The notes under the pieces are model-generated. The model saw only the letters and a program-made list of their open reading frames with translations, was not told where the DNA came from and made no database searches. 64,000 bases of DNA from an uncultured Actinomycetes bacterium (GTDB lineage: Bacteria > Actinomycetota > UBA4738 > HRBIN12). Positions 55,888 through 64,000 of the stretch are shown piece by piece. A program made the translations under genes and the position numbers. Positions within the stretch are counted from its first letter, which is position 1. Every line of letters starts with the position of its first letter. The stretch covers positions 272,427 through 336,426 of the forward strand of contig CAWCMT010000005.1 in the NCBI GenBank assembly GCA_963796725.1. The letters are read 5' to 3'.

Positions 55888-56514
55888 ATGGCATCGCCGC
55901 CGCAAAGCGCCAGGCCGTGGCCGGGGCCACCCAGAAGCCACCGTCCCATCTCGTGACATCGAGTTCGGAAGAGATCCCCTCGGCGAGGACGCCGAAAGTT
56001 GTTTCAGGACCGAAGCACTAGTTGCGTGGCTGGAGAGCATGCCGAGCCGCCCCAGTTCCTCGGAGGACGATCCCTTGACAGCCACCAGGTGCTCGAGCAA
56101 TCGCTCGCTGATCCGCCGCCGATCCTCGAGCTGCTCAACGTCGGGTTGGTGGAACAGGTGCTTGCGCACACCCTCCGCGTGAACCGGGGCCGCAGCCTCC
56201 AGCGTGGAGAAGCCCTCGTCGGTGAGGACGGCAAAGGCTCCCCGGCGGTCCGTCTGAAAGGCCTCACGACGGATCCAGCCGACCGACTCTAGCCGGGCGA
56301 TGGAGTGAGACAGTCGGTTGCGCGACGACTGGGATAGGTCGGCCAGGTCGCTCATGCGCAGCCGCCGCTCGGAGACCTCTGCCAGGCGGGCCAGGACCTC
56401 GTAGTAGTGGCTGGGAACCTCCGTCTGCTCGTCGAGCTCCTGTTCCAGCTGATCCCACAGCAGCTTGGTCGCCATCACGAACGTCCGCCAGGTCCGCTGC
56501 TCGTCCTCGCTCAA
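55861..56514 (-). CDS. MarR-family transcriptional regulator (long C-terminal tail)
   Basis: wHTH core (LRMSDLADLSQSSRNRLSHSIARLESVGWIRREAFQTDRRGAFAVLTDEG). TTG 56514 is proposed as the start. The last 60 codons run into the duplicated DUF2652 fragment. Confidence 0.65.
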   Translation of the reverse strand: MSEDEQRTWRTFVMATKLLWDQLEQELDEQTEVPSHYYEVLARLAEVSERRLRMSDLADLSQSSRNRLSHSIARLESVGWIRREAFQTDRRGAFAVLTDEGFSTLEAAAPVHAEGVRKHLFHQPDVEQLEDRRRISERLLEHLVAVKGSSSEELGRLGMLSSHATSASVLKQLSASSPRGSLPNSMSRDGTVASGWPRPRPGALRRRCHPEMSATRK

Positions 56515-56538
56515 CCACCGCGTCCCGGAAGCACGTGA

Positions 56539-57129
56539 TATAGGCGACGCGGTCAGAAAGGAGGAACCCAGGCGGATGAGGATCGCCGAGGAGGATTCGA
56601 CCGCGGCGGATGGGCCGGGCCGCTGTTCGACGACGAGGCAACGACGTTCCTCACCCAGGTCTTCCAGCGCGCCGACGGGTTCCTGTTCGGCCGGTGGACC
56701 CATGAGACCTTCGCCGGCTCCTGGGGAGCGATCGAGGGTATGCGCCAGAGTCCGATCGGAGGAGCCTTGAACTCGAAGCCCAAGAACGTGGTATCTGCCA
56801 CGCTCACAGACCCGCGATGGGCGGAAACGACCGTCCTCTCCGGTGACCTCGTGGCAGCCATCGGCGAGCTGAAAGCCCGGCCGGCGGGTGAGCTGCAGGT
56901 GCACGGCAGCGGCAGCCTGGTCCGCTGGCTGTTCGCGAACCAGCTCGTCGACGAGGTCACCCTGCTCACCTATCCGGTGGTCCTCGGCCAGGGCACGCGG
57001 CTGTTCCCCGACACCGGCCCGGATACGGCACTTGGACTGGTCGACTCCCGGTCCACTCCGAGCGGGGTGATCATCCAGGTCTATCGGCCTGACGGGCGCC
57101 CGCGGTATGCAACCGCCACCGCGAGCTGA
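56539..57129 (+). pseudogene. dihydrofolate-reductase-like (RibD C-terminal domain) family protein, 5'-truncated
   Basis: The frame is open from 56539 (..EDRRGGFDRGGWAGPLFDDEA...NSKPKNVVSATL...ELQVHGSGSLVRWL...VDEVTLLTYPVVLGQGTRLF). The usual N-terminal strand (about 20 aa) is missing and there is no in-frame start before ATG 56740. Confidence 0.6.
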
Positions 57130-57173
57130 AGCGCGTGACATGACACGGGTCTCCGACCGGCGGCGCGCTTGGT

Positions 57174-57179
57174 TAGGCT
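57174..57179 (+). promoter_or_regulatory. -10-like hexamer TAGGCT, 6 nt upstream of GTG 57186
   Basis: TAGGCT-cgtggc-GTG read directly. Confidence 0.45.
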
Positions 57180-57185
57180 CGTGGC

Positions 57186-57893
57186 GTGAGCAGCGCAGGC
57201 TGGTCCGCATCGCGAAGACCGCGGCGTTTCCTCACTCCCGACGAGGCGCGTCGCGTATATGACCGCATCGGACGACACCAAGATTCCCAGGGCTTCTACG
57301 AACGCCGGGCGGTCGATGTTCTGGTCGACCACTCCAGCTTCGAGGAGGCGCGAGCGGTCCTCGAAGCTGGGTTCGGCACGGGCGCGTTCGCTCGCCGGCT
57401 ACTGCAGCGACACCTTGGGCAAGATGCGCGTTACTACGGGGTCGACATCAGCCCGCGCATGCTCGAGATCGCGAGCGAGCGTCTGCGCCCTTGGCACGAT
57501 CGGACCCAGCTCGTCTTGGGCGATTGCTCGCAGAAGCTGGCCCCTCGAGATGGAGCCTTCGATCGTGTGGTCGCCACCTACGTCCTCGACCTCCTCAGCC
57601 CTGAGCGCGCTCGCGCGTTCGTGGCGGAAGCCCACCGTGCGCTCCTTCGCGATGGGGTGTTGTGCCTCGTGTCGCTCACCCGCGGCAGCGGTTCCGCGCA
57701 GTTGCTGGCGCGAGCATGGGAGGGCGTGTGGAAGGTTCGACCGCAACTGGTCGGCGGTTGCCGTCCCGTCCACCTCGACGCCTACCTCGCACCGGAGGAG
57801 TGGTCGATCCGGCACCGCACCGTTGAGACATCGTTCGCCATCGCCTCGGAGGTCGTGGTAGCGGTGCGCCGTGAACGTGCTATCGAGGACTGA
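57186..57893 (+). CDS. class I SAM-dependent methyltransferase
   Basis: Motif I VLEAGFGTGAF, motif II YYGVDISPRML, post-I and motif III spacing. Confidence 0.8.
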   Translation: MSSAGWSASRRPRRFLTPDEARRVYDRIGRHQDSQGFYERRAVDVLVDHSSFEEARAVLEAGFGTGAFARRLLQRHLGQDARYYGVDISPRMLEIASERLRPWHDRTQLVLGDCSQKLAPRDGAFDRVVATYVLDLLSPERARAFVAEAHRALLRDGVLCLVSLTRGSGSAQLLARAWEGVWKVRPQLVGGCRPVHLDAYLAPEEWSIRHRTVETSFAIASEVVVAVRRERAIED

Positions 57894-58007
57894 CCACCCC
57901 ACCCCGATCGGTCGAGCGGCTGCTCGTGGCGGGATCGTGACGGCAACGGACGCAGCTGCCGTCGCCGTATAGTTGACGCTCCGCGACCCTCTACTCGAGC
58001 GAGGACC

Positions 58008-59160
58008 ATGGAGTCAGCGGCGCAACCCACCTGTTTCCTGATCGCCGACATCTCCGGGTACACGGGCTACCTCGCGACCGTCGAGCTGGACCATGCGGAG
58101 GACGTCCTGTCGGATCTCCTCGGCGTCATCGTCTCTGCGCTGCGGCCGTTCTTCCGCCTGTCCAGGATCGAAGGAGACGCGGCGTTCATGTATGCGACGG
58201 TCGAGGAGATCGACGGTTCGATGCTCCTCGACATGATCGAGCGCTGCTACTTCGGGTTCCGGCGGCGCCAACGTGACATCCGGCAAGCCACGACCTGCAC
58301 GTGCAACGCCTGCCGCCAGATCCCGGATCTCGACCTGAAGTTCGTGGTCCATCACGGCCCTGCGCTCGTGCAGAAGGTCGCCGGCAGCAGGGAGCTCCTG
58401 GGGATGGGCGCGATCGTGATCCACCGTCTGCTGAAGAACGAGGTGGTGGAGCAGCTCGGCGTGAGCGCCTACGCCCTCATCAGTCAGGACTGCATCGATG
58501 CATCCGACATCGACCCGGCCGCAGCTCGGCATGCGGGAGCACACCGAGGTCTACGATCGGATCGGCGACGTGCCGGGGTGGGTGTGCGATCTGGAGCGCC
58601 GCTGGCAGGAGGAGGAGGAACGGGGCCGGATCCGTGTCGCTCCGGAGGAATCCATCCTCACGGTGTCGACATCCACGGGCGCGCCGCAGCAGGTGGCATG
58701 GGAGTTCCTCACCAAGCCCGGGCAACGGATGAGCTGGCAGCCCTGGGTGACGTCGGTGGCGATCAAAGGGGCGATCGGGGGACGTCGTGGGACCGGTTCC
58801 GCCAACCATTGCATGCACGGCAAGGATGCGGTCGTCGAGGAGATCCTCGACTGGCGGCCGTACGACTACGTCACGGATCGGACGATCCTGGAAACCCCGG
58901 ACGGCCCGGTGAAGGTGCTCCACACGATCGAACTCCAGCCGAACGAGACCGGTACCACCATCAACTTCCTGTTCGGACCGGCGAAGACCGAGCGGGAGCA
59001 AGCGGCCATGGAGGTGATCGCGCCGACGTACGGCGAGGCGCTCCGCTCGGGCCTACCGAGTCTCACCGCCCAGCTCGAGGCCGAGTTCGCGTCACTGGAC
59101 GCCGACCCGGACTCAGAACCCGAGCAGGTCCCGACCGGGGATAACGCGGCATCTGCGGAG
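58008..59160 (+). pseudogene. DUF2652-like domain fused to SRPBCC (polyketide cyclase/START-like) domain, frameshifted near 58520; 3' end approximate
   Basis: Frame 0: MESAAQPTCFLIADISGYTGYLA...EGDAAFMYA...KFVVHHG. Frame 1 from about 58525: LGMREHTEVYD...STSTGAPQQVAWEFLTKPGQRMSWQPW...TINFLF. The frame-1 ORF has no stop until 59712 and runs antisense into the next gene. Confidence 0.65.
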
Positions 59161-59178
59161 TGCACGCTCGGCGGCCGG

Positions 59179-60177
59179 CTACGAGGCCGTGCCCCGCGCC
59201 GTCGCATACAGCGCCGCGATCGCCTGAGCGTTGCCCATCGCCTCGTCGACCGCGAGGTGCCTGGGCGCTTCCAGTCCGCGGATCACGCGATGGATGTGGT
59301 CGAGCGCGGGTGTGAACGACCGCACGCCGCTCGGAACGGCCGGCACGGTGTCCACGTGCTCCCCGCGGATCACCGTCAGGGTGTCGTGGGGTTCCGGGTG
59401 GAACGGGTTCGACATGCGGATCTCGCCCTCCGTACCGTGGACGCGGGAGAAGGTGTCGTAGGCGCTCAGGAACCCGCACGAGAATACGAGGCGGCGGTCC
59501 CCTGGGAACGACAGCGCACCCCAGAGCTCCGTGTCGACCCCCGGGCGCATCCACGTGGCGTCGGCGACGGTGCGGGCGAGGTCCGGCTCGGCGTCGAAGA
59601 GCAGCCGCGCGAGGCGGATCGGGTAGCAGCCCACGTCCTGCAGCGAGCCGCCGGAGAGCTCGGCAAGGAGCCGGATGTCATCGGGGTCGTCCAGCAGGAA
59701 GTGGAAGCGTGAGGAGATCTCCCGCAACTCCCCGATGTCGCCTCGGGCGACGATCTCCCGTGCGCCATCGATCTGCTCGTGGAAGGGGAACACGAACGCC
59801 TCCCACAACGGCCCCGGCGCGGCCCGCGCCACGGCCAGGACGCGTTCGGTCTCCCCCGGCGTGCCGCAGAGCGGCTTCTCGCACAGGACGGTCTTGCCGG
59901 CCTCCAGCGCCGCGATCGTCCAGTCGGCGTGGAGACCATTGGGGAGAGCCACGTACACAGCCTCGATCTCCGGGTCGGCGATGACCGCTTCGTAGCCCTG
60001 GACGCCGCGCGACACGCCGTGCTCCCCGGCCCAGGCTGAGGCCCGCGACGGGTCGCGACTCCCCACGCTGGTCGCCACCCCGCCGCCCGTCTCCCGCAAG
60101 GCGGGCAGGAAGGCGCTCTCGGCGATCCCGGCGGTCCCGAGGATGCCCCAACGGATCGGGTCGACCATCTGGCTCAC
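59179..60177 (-). CDS. Gfo/Idh/MocA-family NAD(P)-dependent oxidoreductase
   Basis: N-terminal Rossmann WGILGTAGIA, EKPL motif (CEKPLCGT), 332 aa. Confidence 0.85.
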   Translation of the reverse strand: MSQMVDPIRWGILGTAGIAESAFLPALRETGGGVATSVGSRDPSRASAWAGEHGVSRGVQGYEAVIADPEIEAVYVALPNGLHADWTIAALEAGKTVLCEKPLCGTPGETERVLAVARAAPGPLWEAFVFPFHEQIDGAREIVARGDIGELREISSRFHFLLDDPDDIRLLAELSGGSLQDVGCYPIRLARLLFDAEPDLARTVADATWMRPGVDTELWGALSFPGDRRLVFSCGFLSAYDTFSRVHGTEGEIRMSNPFHPEPHDTLTVIRGEHVDTVPAVPSGVRSFTPALDHIHRVIRGLEAPRHLAVDEAMGNAQAIAALYATARGTAS

Positions 60178-60183
60178 GCCCCG

Positions 60184-60189
60184 AACCTA
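60184..60189 (-). promoter_or_regulatory. -10-like hexamer TAGGTT, 6 nt upstream of GTG 60177
   Basis: Minus strand reads TAGGTT-cggggc-GTG. Confidence 0.45.
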
Positions 60190-60318
60190 TCAATGCCGGA
60201 CCGCCGGTGCGCCGGATCCCTTCCCACCCAGATGCGAAGCTCGGCGGCCGACTCCTAGCTCGGATTTGTGTCCCGCCCCGAACTGCGTGAAGCTTGACGG
60301 ACGCGAGCGAGGGGGATC

Positions 60319-61671
60319 ATGGCCGATGAAGCGGACGGCGGTCGAGGAGCCGGAGGAGCCCTGGATCCAGCCGCACTGATCCGCAGCCGAGCGTACCGTC
60401 GCTTGCTGGTCTTCTCCGGGATCATCGGCATCGTCATCTCCGCCGCCTGCTGGGCCTTCCTCGAAGCGATCCACGGTGTCCAGGTGTGGGCGTACGAGGA
60501 TCTTCCGGATGCGCTCGGTTTCAAGGGTGTGCCGTGGTGGTGGCCGCTCCCCGTCCTCTTGGTCGCCGGGGTGCTGATCGCTCTCGCCGTCGACCGCCTC
60601 CCGGGCACGGGGGGCCATGAGCCGGCAGAAGGGCTGAAGGTCGGTGGTCAGCCCACGACCCCCAACCAACTCCCGGGCATCATCCTCGCCGCCCTCGCGT
60701 CTATCGCGCTAGGGCTGGTGCTCGGCCCCGAGGCCCCGCTGATCGCGTTGGGAGGAGGCCTGACGCTCCTCCTCATCGGCGTCATGAAGCGGGAGACGCC
60801 CGACCAGGCCAAGATCGTCCTGGTAGCCGCCTCGAGCTTCGCGGCGCTCGCCACGATCTTCGGCTCGCCCATCGTGGGAGCCATCATCATCATCGAGGCC
60901 GCCGGCCTCGCAGGGCCGACCCTTCCGCTCGTGTTGCTGCCGGGCTTGATCGCGGCCGGGATCGGCTCCCTCGTGTTCATCGGCGTGGGCTCGCTGACCG
61001 GGTTGAGCACCCAGGCCTACGCGATGGCTCCGCTCAGCCTCCCTCCCTACGGCCAGCCCAACGCCGGCGATCTCCTGTGGACCATCGTCCTTGCGGCCGC
61101 GGCAGCAGGCATCACGTTCGCGATCGTGGCGGCCGGTAGGAGGACCGAAGCGCTGGTGAAGCGGCGGCGACTCGCGTGGACCGTCCTCGCGGCCCTCTCG
61201 ATCGCGGGACTCGCGATCGTCTTCGCTCAGATCAGCGGTGAGAGCGCGAACGCGGTGCTGTTCTCGGGGCAGGAGGCGCTGACCCCCGTCGTGTCGCAGG
61301 GCGCCGGGCTGACCCTCGGCACCCTGATGCTCCTGCTCGTCTGCAAGGGCATCGCGTGGGCGCTCTCGCTCGGGAGCGCGCGAGGCGGCCCCACCTTCCC
61401 CGCGATCTTCCTGGGCGTGGTCGGGGGGTTGCTCGCGGCGCACCTGCCCGGCTTCGCGGAGACCCCCGCGGTCGGCGTGCTGGTCGGTGCCGCCGTGGTA
61501 TCGGTGCTGCGGCTTCCGCTGTCCGCGATCGTGATCGCCCTGCTCATCTCTCAAGGTGGCGCGGGGGTGGCCCCGCTCATCATCGTCGGGGTCGTCGTCG
61601 CGTACATCGTGGTCGTGACGCTCGATGCCCGGATCGCGCAGTCTTCGCCGGCGTCGGAGCCCTCAGGATGA
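60319..61671 (+). CDS. ClC-family voltage-gated chloride channel / H+:Cl- antiporter homologue
   Basis: 450 aa, polytopic. GPEAPLIALGG and FGSPIVGAIIIIE resemble the ClC selectivity motifs GxEGP and GxFxP. GAGGGGG SD. Confidence 0.75.
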   Translation: MADEADGGRGAGGALDPAALIRSRAYRRLLVFSGIIGIVISAACWAFLEAIHGVQVWAYEDLPDALGFKGVPWWWPLPVLLVAGVLIALAVDRLPGTGGHEPAEGLKVGGQPTTPNQLPGIILAALASIALGLVLGPEAPLIALGGGLTLLLIGVMKRETPDQAKIVLVAASSFAALATIFGSPIVGAIIIIEAAGLAGPTLPLVLLPGLIAAGIGSLVFIGVGSLTGLSTQAYAMAPLSLPPYGQPNAGDLLWTIVLAAAAAGITFAIVAAGRRTEALVKRRRLAWTVLAALSIAGLAIVFAQISGESANAVLFSGQEALTPVVSQGAGLTLGTLMLLLVCKGIAWALSLGSARGGPTFPAIFLGVVGGLLAAHLPGFAETPAVGVLVGAAVVSVLRLPLSAIVIALLISQGGAGVAPLIIVGVVVAYIVVVTLDARIAQSSPASEPSG

Positions 61672-61675
61672 GGGA

Positions 61676-62632
61676 CTACGCATCTCCGTCGTCCCCGATC
61701 CGCAGCACGACCTTTCCGCGCTTGCCCCGCTCGAGGCTCCTGCGGAACGCTGCGACCGCATCGCTCAGAGGGAACACGGCGTCGATCTCCGGGCGCAGCG
61801 CGCCCGCGTCAGCGAGTCGAGCGACCTCGATCAGCTGGGCCCTGTTCGGCTCGACCACGAAGTAGACCGTCTCCATCGACATCCCATCGGGGACCGGGGG
61901 CGGCTCCTCGGCCACCGAGACCACGCGCCCGTCCTCTCGGACGACGCCCATGGATCGGGCTAGCGCGTCGCCCCCCACCGTGTCGAAGACCAGATCGACC
62001 TTCCCGAGCGAACCGAGGGCTTCGGCGTCCGCCCCGTCGAGCGCCTCATCGGCGCCGAACCGCGGGAGGTCCTGGATGCTCCGCGACGGCGCGGTAGCGA
62101 TCACGTACGCACCCCGCCACCGGGCGAGCTGGGTGGCGAGGTGCCCGACACCGCCCGCCCCGCCCAGGATCAGCACGCGCTGTCTCACTTCGAGCTCCCC
62201 GTGGTCGAAGAGGCCCTGCCAGGCGGAGAGCGCCGCGAGCGGGAGGGCCGCACTGGACGCGCCATCCAGCCTCTCGGGCTTGGGGGCCAGCAGCATCGCA
62301 GGGAGGGCGATGAAGCCGGCCGCAGCCCCGTCCCGGTCGAACCTGCTCAGCGCGAAGACGGCGTCGCCGGGCGCCACCGAGTCCACCCCGGCGCCGAGGG
62401 CCGCCACCACGCCCGACAACTCGTACGAGGGAACAGCCGGGAGCCGGTCGACGGGCCAGGTCAGCTCGTCCTTCGTGATCGCCGCCGCGACCACGCGCAC
62501 GAGCGCCTCACCCGCGCCCGGCTCTGGGATCGGGACCTCCTCGACGCGCAGATCGTCGATCGAGCCCGGGGGATAGAGCATCACCGCGTACATCGACCCG
62601 CCCCGTAGGCCGCCAGCTTCCTGGATCGTCAT
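61676..62632 (-). CDS. MDR-superfamily NADPH:quinone oxidoreductase / zinc-type alcohol dehydrogenase-like
   Basis: GAGGVGHLATQLA nucleotide-binding motif. ATG 62632 is preferred because GGAAGGAG lies 8 nt upstream. Confidence 0.8.
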   Translation of the reverse strand: MTIQEAGGLRGGSMYAVMLYPPGSIDDLRVEEVPIPEPGAGEALVRVVAAAITKDELTWPVDRLPAVPSYELSGVVAALGAGVDSVAPGDAVFALSRFDRDGAAAGFIALPAMLLAPKPERLDGASSAALPLAALSAWQGLFDHGELEVRQRVLILGGAGGVGHLATQLARWRGAYVIATAPSRSIQDLPRFGADEALDGADAEALGSLGKVDLVFDTVGGDALARSMGVVREDGRVVSVAEEPPPVPDGMSMETVYFVVEPNRAQLIEVARLADAGALRPEIDAVFPLSDAVAAFRRSLERGKRGKVVLRIGDDGDA

Positions 62633-62678
62633 CCGTCGTGCTCCTTCCGTCTCCCCGCTCATCTACCTGACTAGGAAG

Positions 62679-62699
62679 TTACTTACTGAGAAGTATACT
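62679..62699. promoter_or_regulatory. inverted repeat TTACTT-N6-AAGTAT overlapping the -10-like TATACT 6 nt upstream of MarR ATG 62706
   Basis: Read directly. AGTATACT is itself palindromic, so a TATACT hexamer exists on both strands of this divergent intergenic region. Confidence 0.4.
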
Positions 62700-62705
62700 G
62701 GACCC

Positions 62706-63230
62706 ATGACGGACCAGCACCCGGATCACGTCGACCTCCTGCTCGGCCAGTGGCGCCGGGAGCGTCCCGACCTCGACCCCGGGCCCATCGGGGTGTTCGG
62801 CAGGCTCTTCCGGGTCGAGCGCCTGAGCGACGCCGCACTCGCAGAGGGCATGATCCCGTTCGGGCTCCAGCCGGGCTGGTTCGATCTCCTCGCTGCCTTA
62901 CGGCGCCAGGGAGCCCCCTACGAGCTGAACCCGACAGAGCTCACACGCGCGATGCTGGTGACCTCCGGCGGCACGACCAAACGCCTCGACCGCCTGGCCG
63001 AGGCGGGGCTCGTGGAACGACGTCCCGACCCGGACGACCGCAGGGGCACCCTGGTGCGGCTCACGCCTCGAGGCAAGCGGATCATCGATCGTGCGGTCGA
63101 AGTTCATATCCGCAACGAATCGGCCTTGCTCGAACCGCTGACCCTCGCCGAGCGCCGAACCCTGGACCGTCTCCTCCGCAAGCTGCTGGTGGGCCTCGAG
63201 GCACCCGCTCCCGAGGAACCTCTTCCCTAG
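62706..63230 (+). CDS. MarR-family transcriptional regulator
   Basis: wHTH core (LNPTELTRAMLVTSGGTTKRLDRLAEAGLVERRPDPDDRRGTLVRLTPRG). Confidence 0.85.
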   Translation: MTDQHPDHVDLLLGQWRRERPDLDPGPIGVFGRLFRVERLSDAALAEGMIPFGLQPGWFDLLAALRRQGAPYELNPTELTRAMLVTSGGTTKRLDRLAEAGLVERRPDPDDRRGTLVRLTPRGKRIIDRAVEVHIRNESALLEPLTLAERRTLDRLLRKLLVGLEAPAPEEPLP

Positions 63231-63287
63231 ACTTGGCGGGTCGGACCGCTCGGACGAGCGGGGCGGAGCGCGGTCCAAGGGGGACGG

Positions 63288-64000
63288 ATGTCGGAGACGG
63301 TGCTGGTCACGATCGGCCTGATCGTGATCCTCGGCGTCGGCGCCCAATGGCTCGCCAGCTTCCTGCGGATCCCCTCGATCGTCCTGCTCCTGGCCTGCGG
63401 GATGCTGGCAGGCCCCGGGCTCGGCTGGATCGAACCGCGGGCCGCGTTCGGCGACGCCCTCTTCCCGACGGTGACCGTCGCGGTCGGGATCCTGCTGTTC
63501 GACGGAGGGCTCGGCCTGAAGTTCCGGGCGCTGCCGCGCGGCTCGGCCAGGGTCATCCTCCGCCTCACGCTGGTCGGAGCGGGCATCACCACGATCGTGG
63601 GCGGTGCGCTGGCGATCCCCCTGTTCCACGTCTCGCGGGGGATCGGGATCCTGGTCGGCGCGATCGTCGTCGTGTCGGGACCCACCGTGGTCGGCCCCAT
63701 GCTGCGCCTGTCCCGGCCCCGCGACCCCGCGGCCACGATCCTCCGGTGGGAAGGGATCGCGATCGATCCGGTCGGAGCGACCATCGGCATCTCGGTCCTG
63801 AGCGTGGTCCTCCACGAGAACTCCTCGCCGATCGCCGACCTGGTGGCCACCGCGGCCGTCGGCATCGCGATCGGCCTCGTCGCCGCCGGCCTGCTGACCG
63901 TCTCGCTCCGCTCCTACCTGATCCCCGACGACCTCGAGGTGGCCGTCGGCATCTTGTTCGCCGTCGGGGCCCTGGTCCTCGCCGAGTCCCTCCGTTCCGA
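63288..64000 (+). CDS. Na+/H+ (cation:proton) antiporter, CPA1-like, 3'-partial (not in the ORF track)
   Basis: My translation from ATG 63288 (SD AAGGGGGA) stays open to the window end. MSETVLVTIGLIVILGVGAQWLASFLRIPSIVLLLACGMLAGP...LLFDGGLGL...VSGPTVVGPMLR... is typical of NhaP-type exchangers. A TAGACT hexamer lies at 63228. Confidence 0.75.
   Translation, partial: MSETVLVTIGLIVILGVGAQWLASFLRIPSIVLLLACGMLAGPGLGWIEPRAAFGDALFPTVTVAVGILLFDGGLGLKFRALPRGSARVILRLTLVGAGITTIVGGALAIPLFHVSRGIGILVGAIVVVSGPTVVGPMLRLSRPRDPAATILRWEGIAIDPVGATIGISVLSVVLHENSSPIADLVATAAVGIAIGLVAAGLLTVSLRSYLIPDDLEVAVGILFAVGALVLAESLRS

Noticed and set aside
50238-63235. 9-mer CTAGACTTG occurring three times on the plus strand (50238, 54170, 63227), with related CCTAGACT at 37357 and on the minus strand at 17701. 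Considered as ends of a mobile element or a REP-like repeat.
   Set aside because: It is better explained as the -10 promoter hexamer TAGACT. In every case it lies upstream of a start codon, a tRNA, or a leader with an SD. Two of the copies are part of the duplicated tRNA promoter.

Overview
High-G+C (about 70% by eye) actinobacterial-type chromosomal segment with about 60 protein-coding genes, one tRNA, and no rRNA or CRISPR array. Positions 1-49 kb are dense metabolic and transport genes. These include a homocysteine S-methyltransferase (5' partial), a PAP2/kinase-like fusion membrane protein, and a TetR-MFS-MttB-family methyltransferase unit. There is a trehalose locus (fused beta-phosphoglucomutase/GH65 phosphorylase, otsB, otsA). 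An eight-gene minus-strand operon runs ROK regulator, GSAM-like aminotransferase, five-component peptide-type ABC importer, M20 peptidase. Further genes are a LuxR regulator, a heavily frameshifted flavin monooxygenase pseudogene, a class III nucleotidyl cyclase, and a two-gene urease (fused gamma-beta plus alpha) with no accessory genes nearby. Then come a flavodoxin, a DEAD-box helicase, an ANTAR regulator next to an acyl-ACP desaturase, an NMT1/THI5-type ABC importer, a tryptophanase-family lyase, and a secreted-protein/VKOR/DUF929 thiol-oxidoreductase cluster. Positions 49.0-55.2 kb have visibly lower G+C and are a decayed mobile-element hotspot at tRNA-Arg(CCU). It holds a truncated DUF4143 ATPase gene, a relic copy of the tRNA promoter plus 5' end, nested IS3 remnants, an integrase-like gene coupled to a 474-aa transposase-like ORF, and an IS481 remnant abutting the tRNA CCA end. 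Positions 55-64 kb return to small regulons (two MarR genes, methyltransferase, DUF2652-SRPBCC, Gfo/Idh/MocA, ClC channel, MDR oxidoreductase) and end in a 3'-partial Na+/H+ antiporter that is missing from the ORF track. Two window-wide patterns stand out. A TANNNT hexamer sits 6 nt upstream of many start codons, which suggests leaderless transcripts. An unusual number of otherwise conserved genes carry single-nucleotide frameshifts. All family assignments come from motif recognition by eye. No database search was run.
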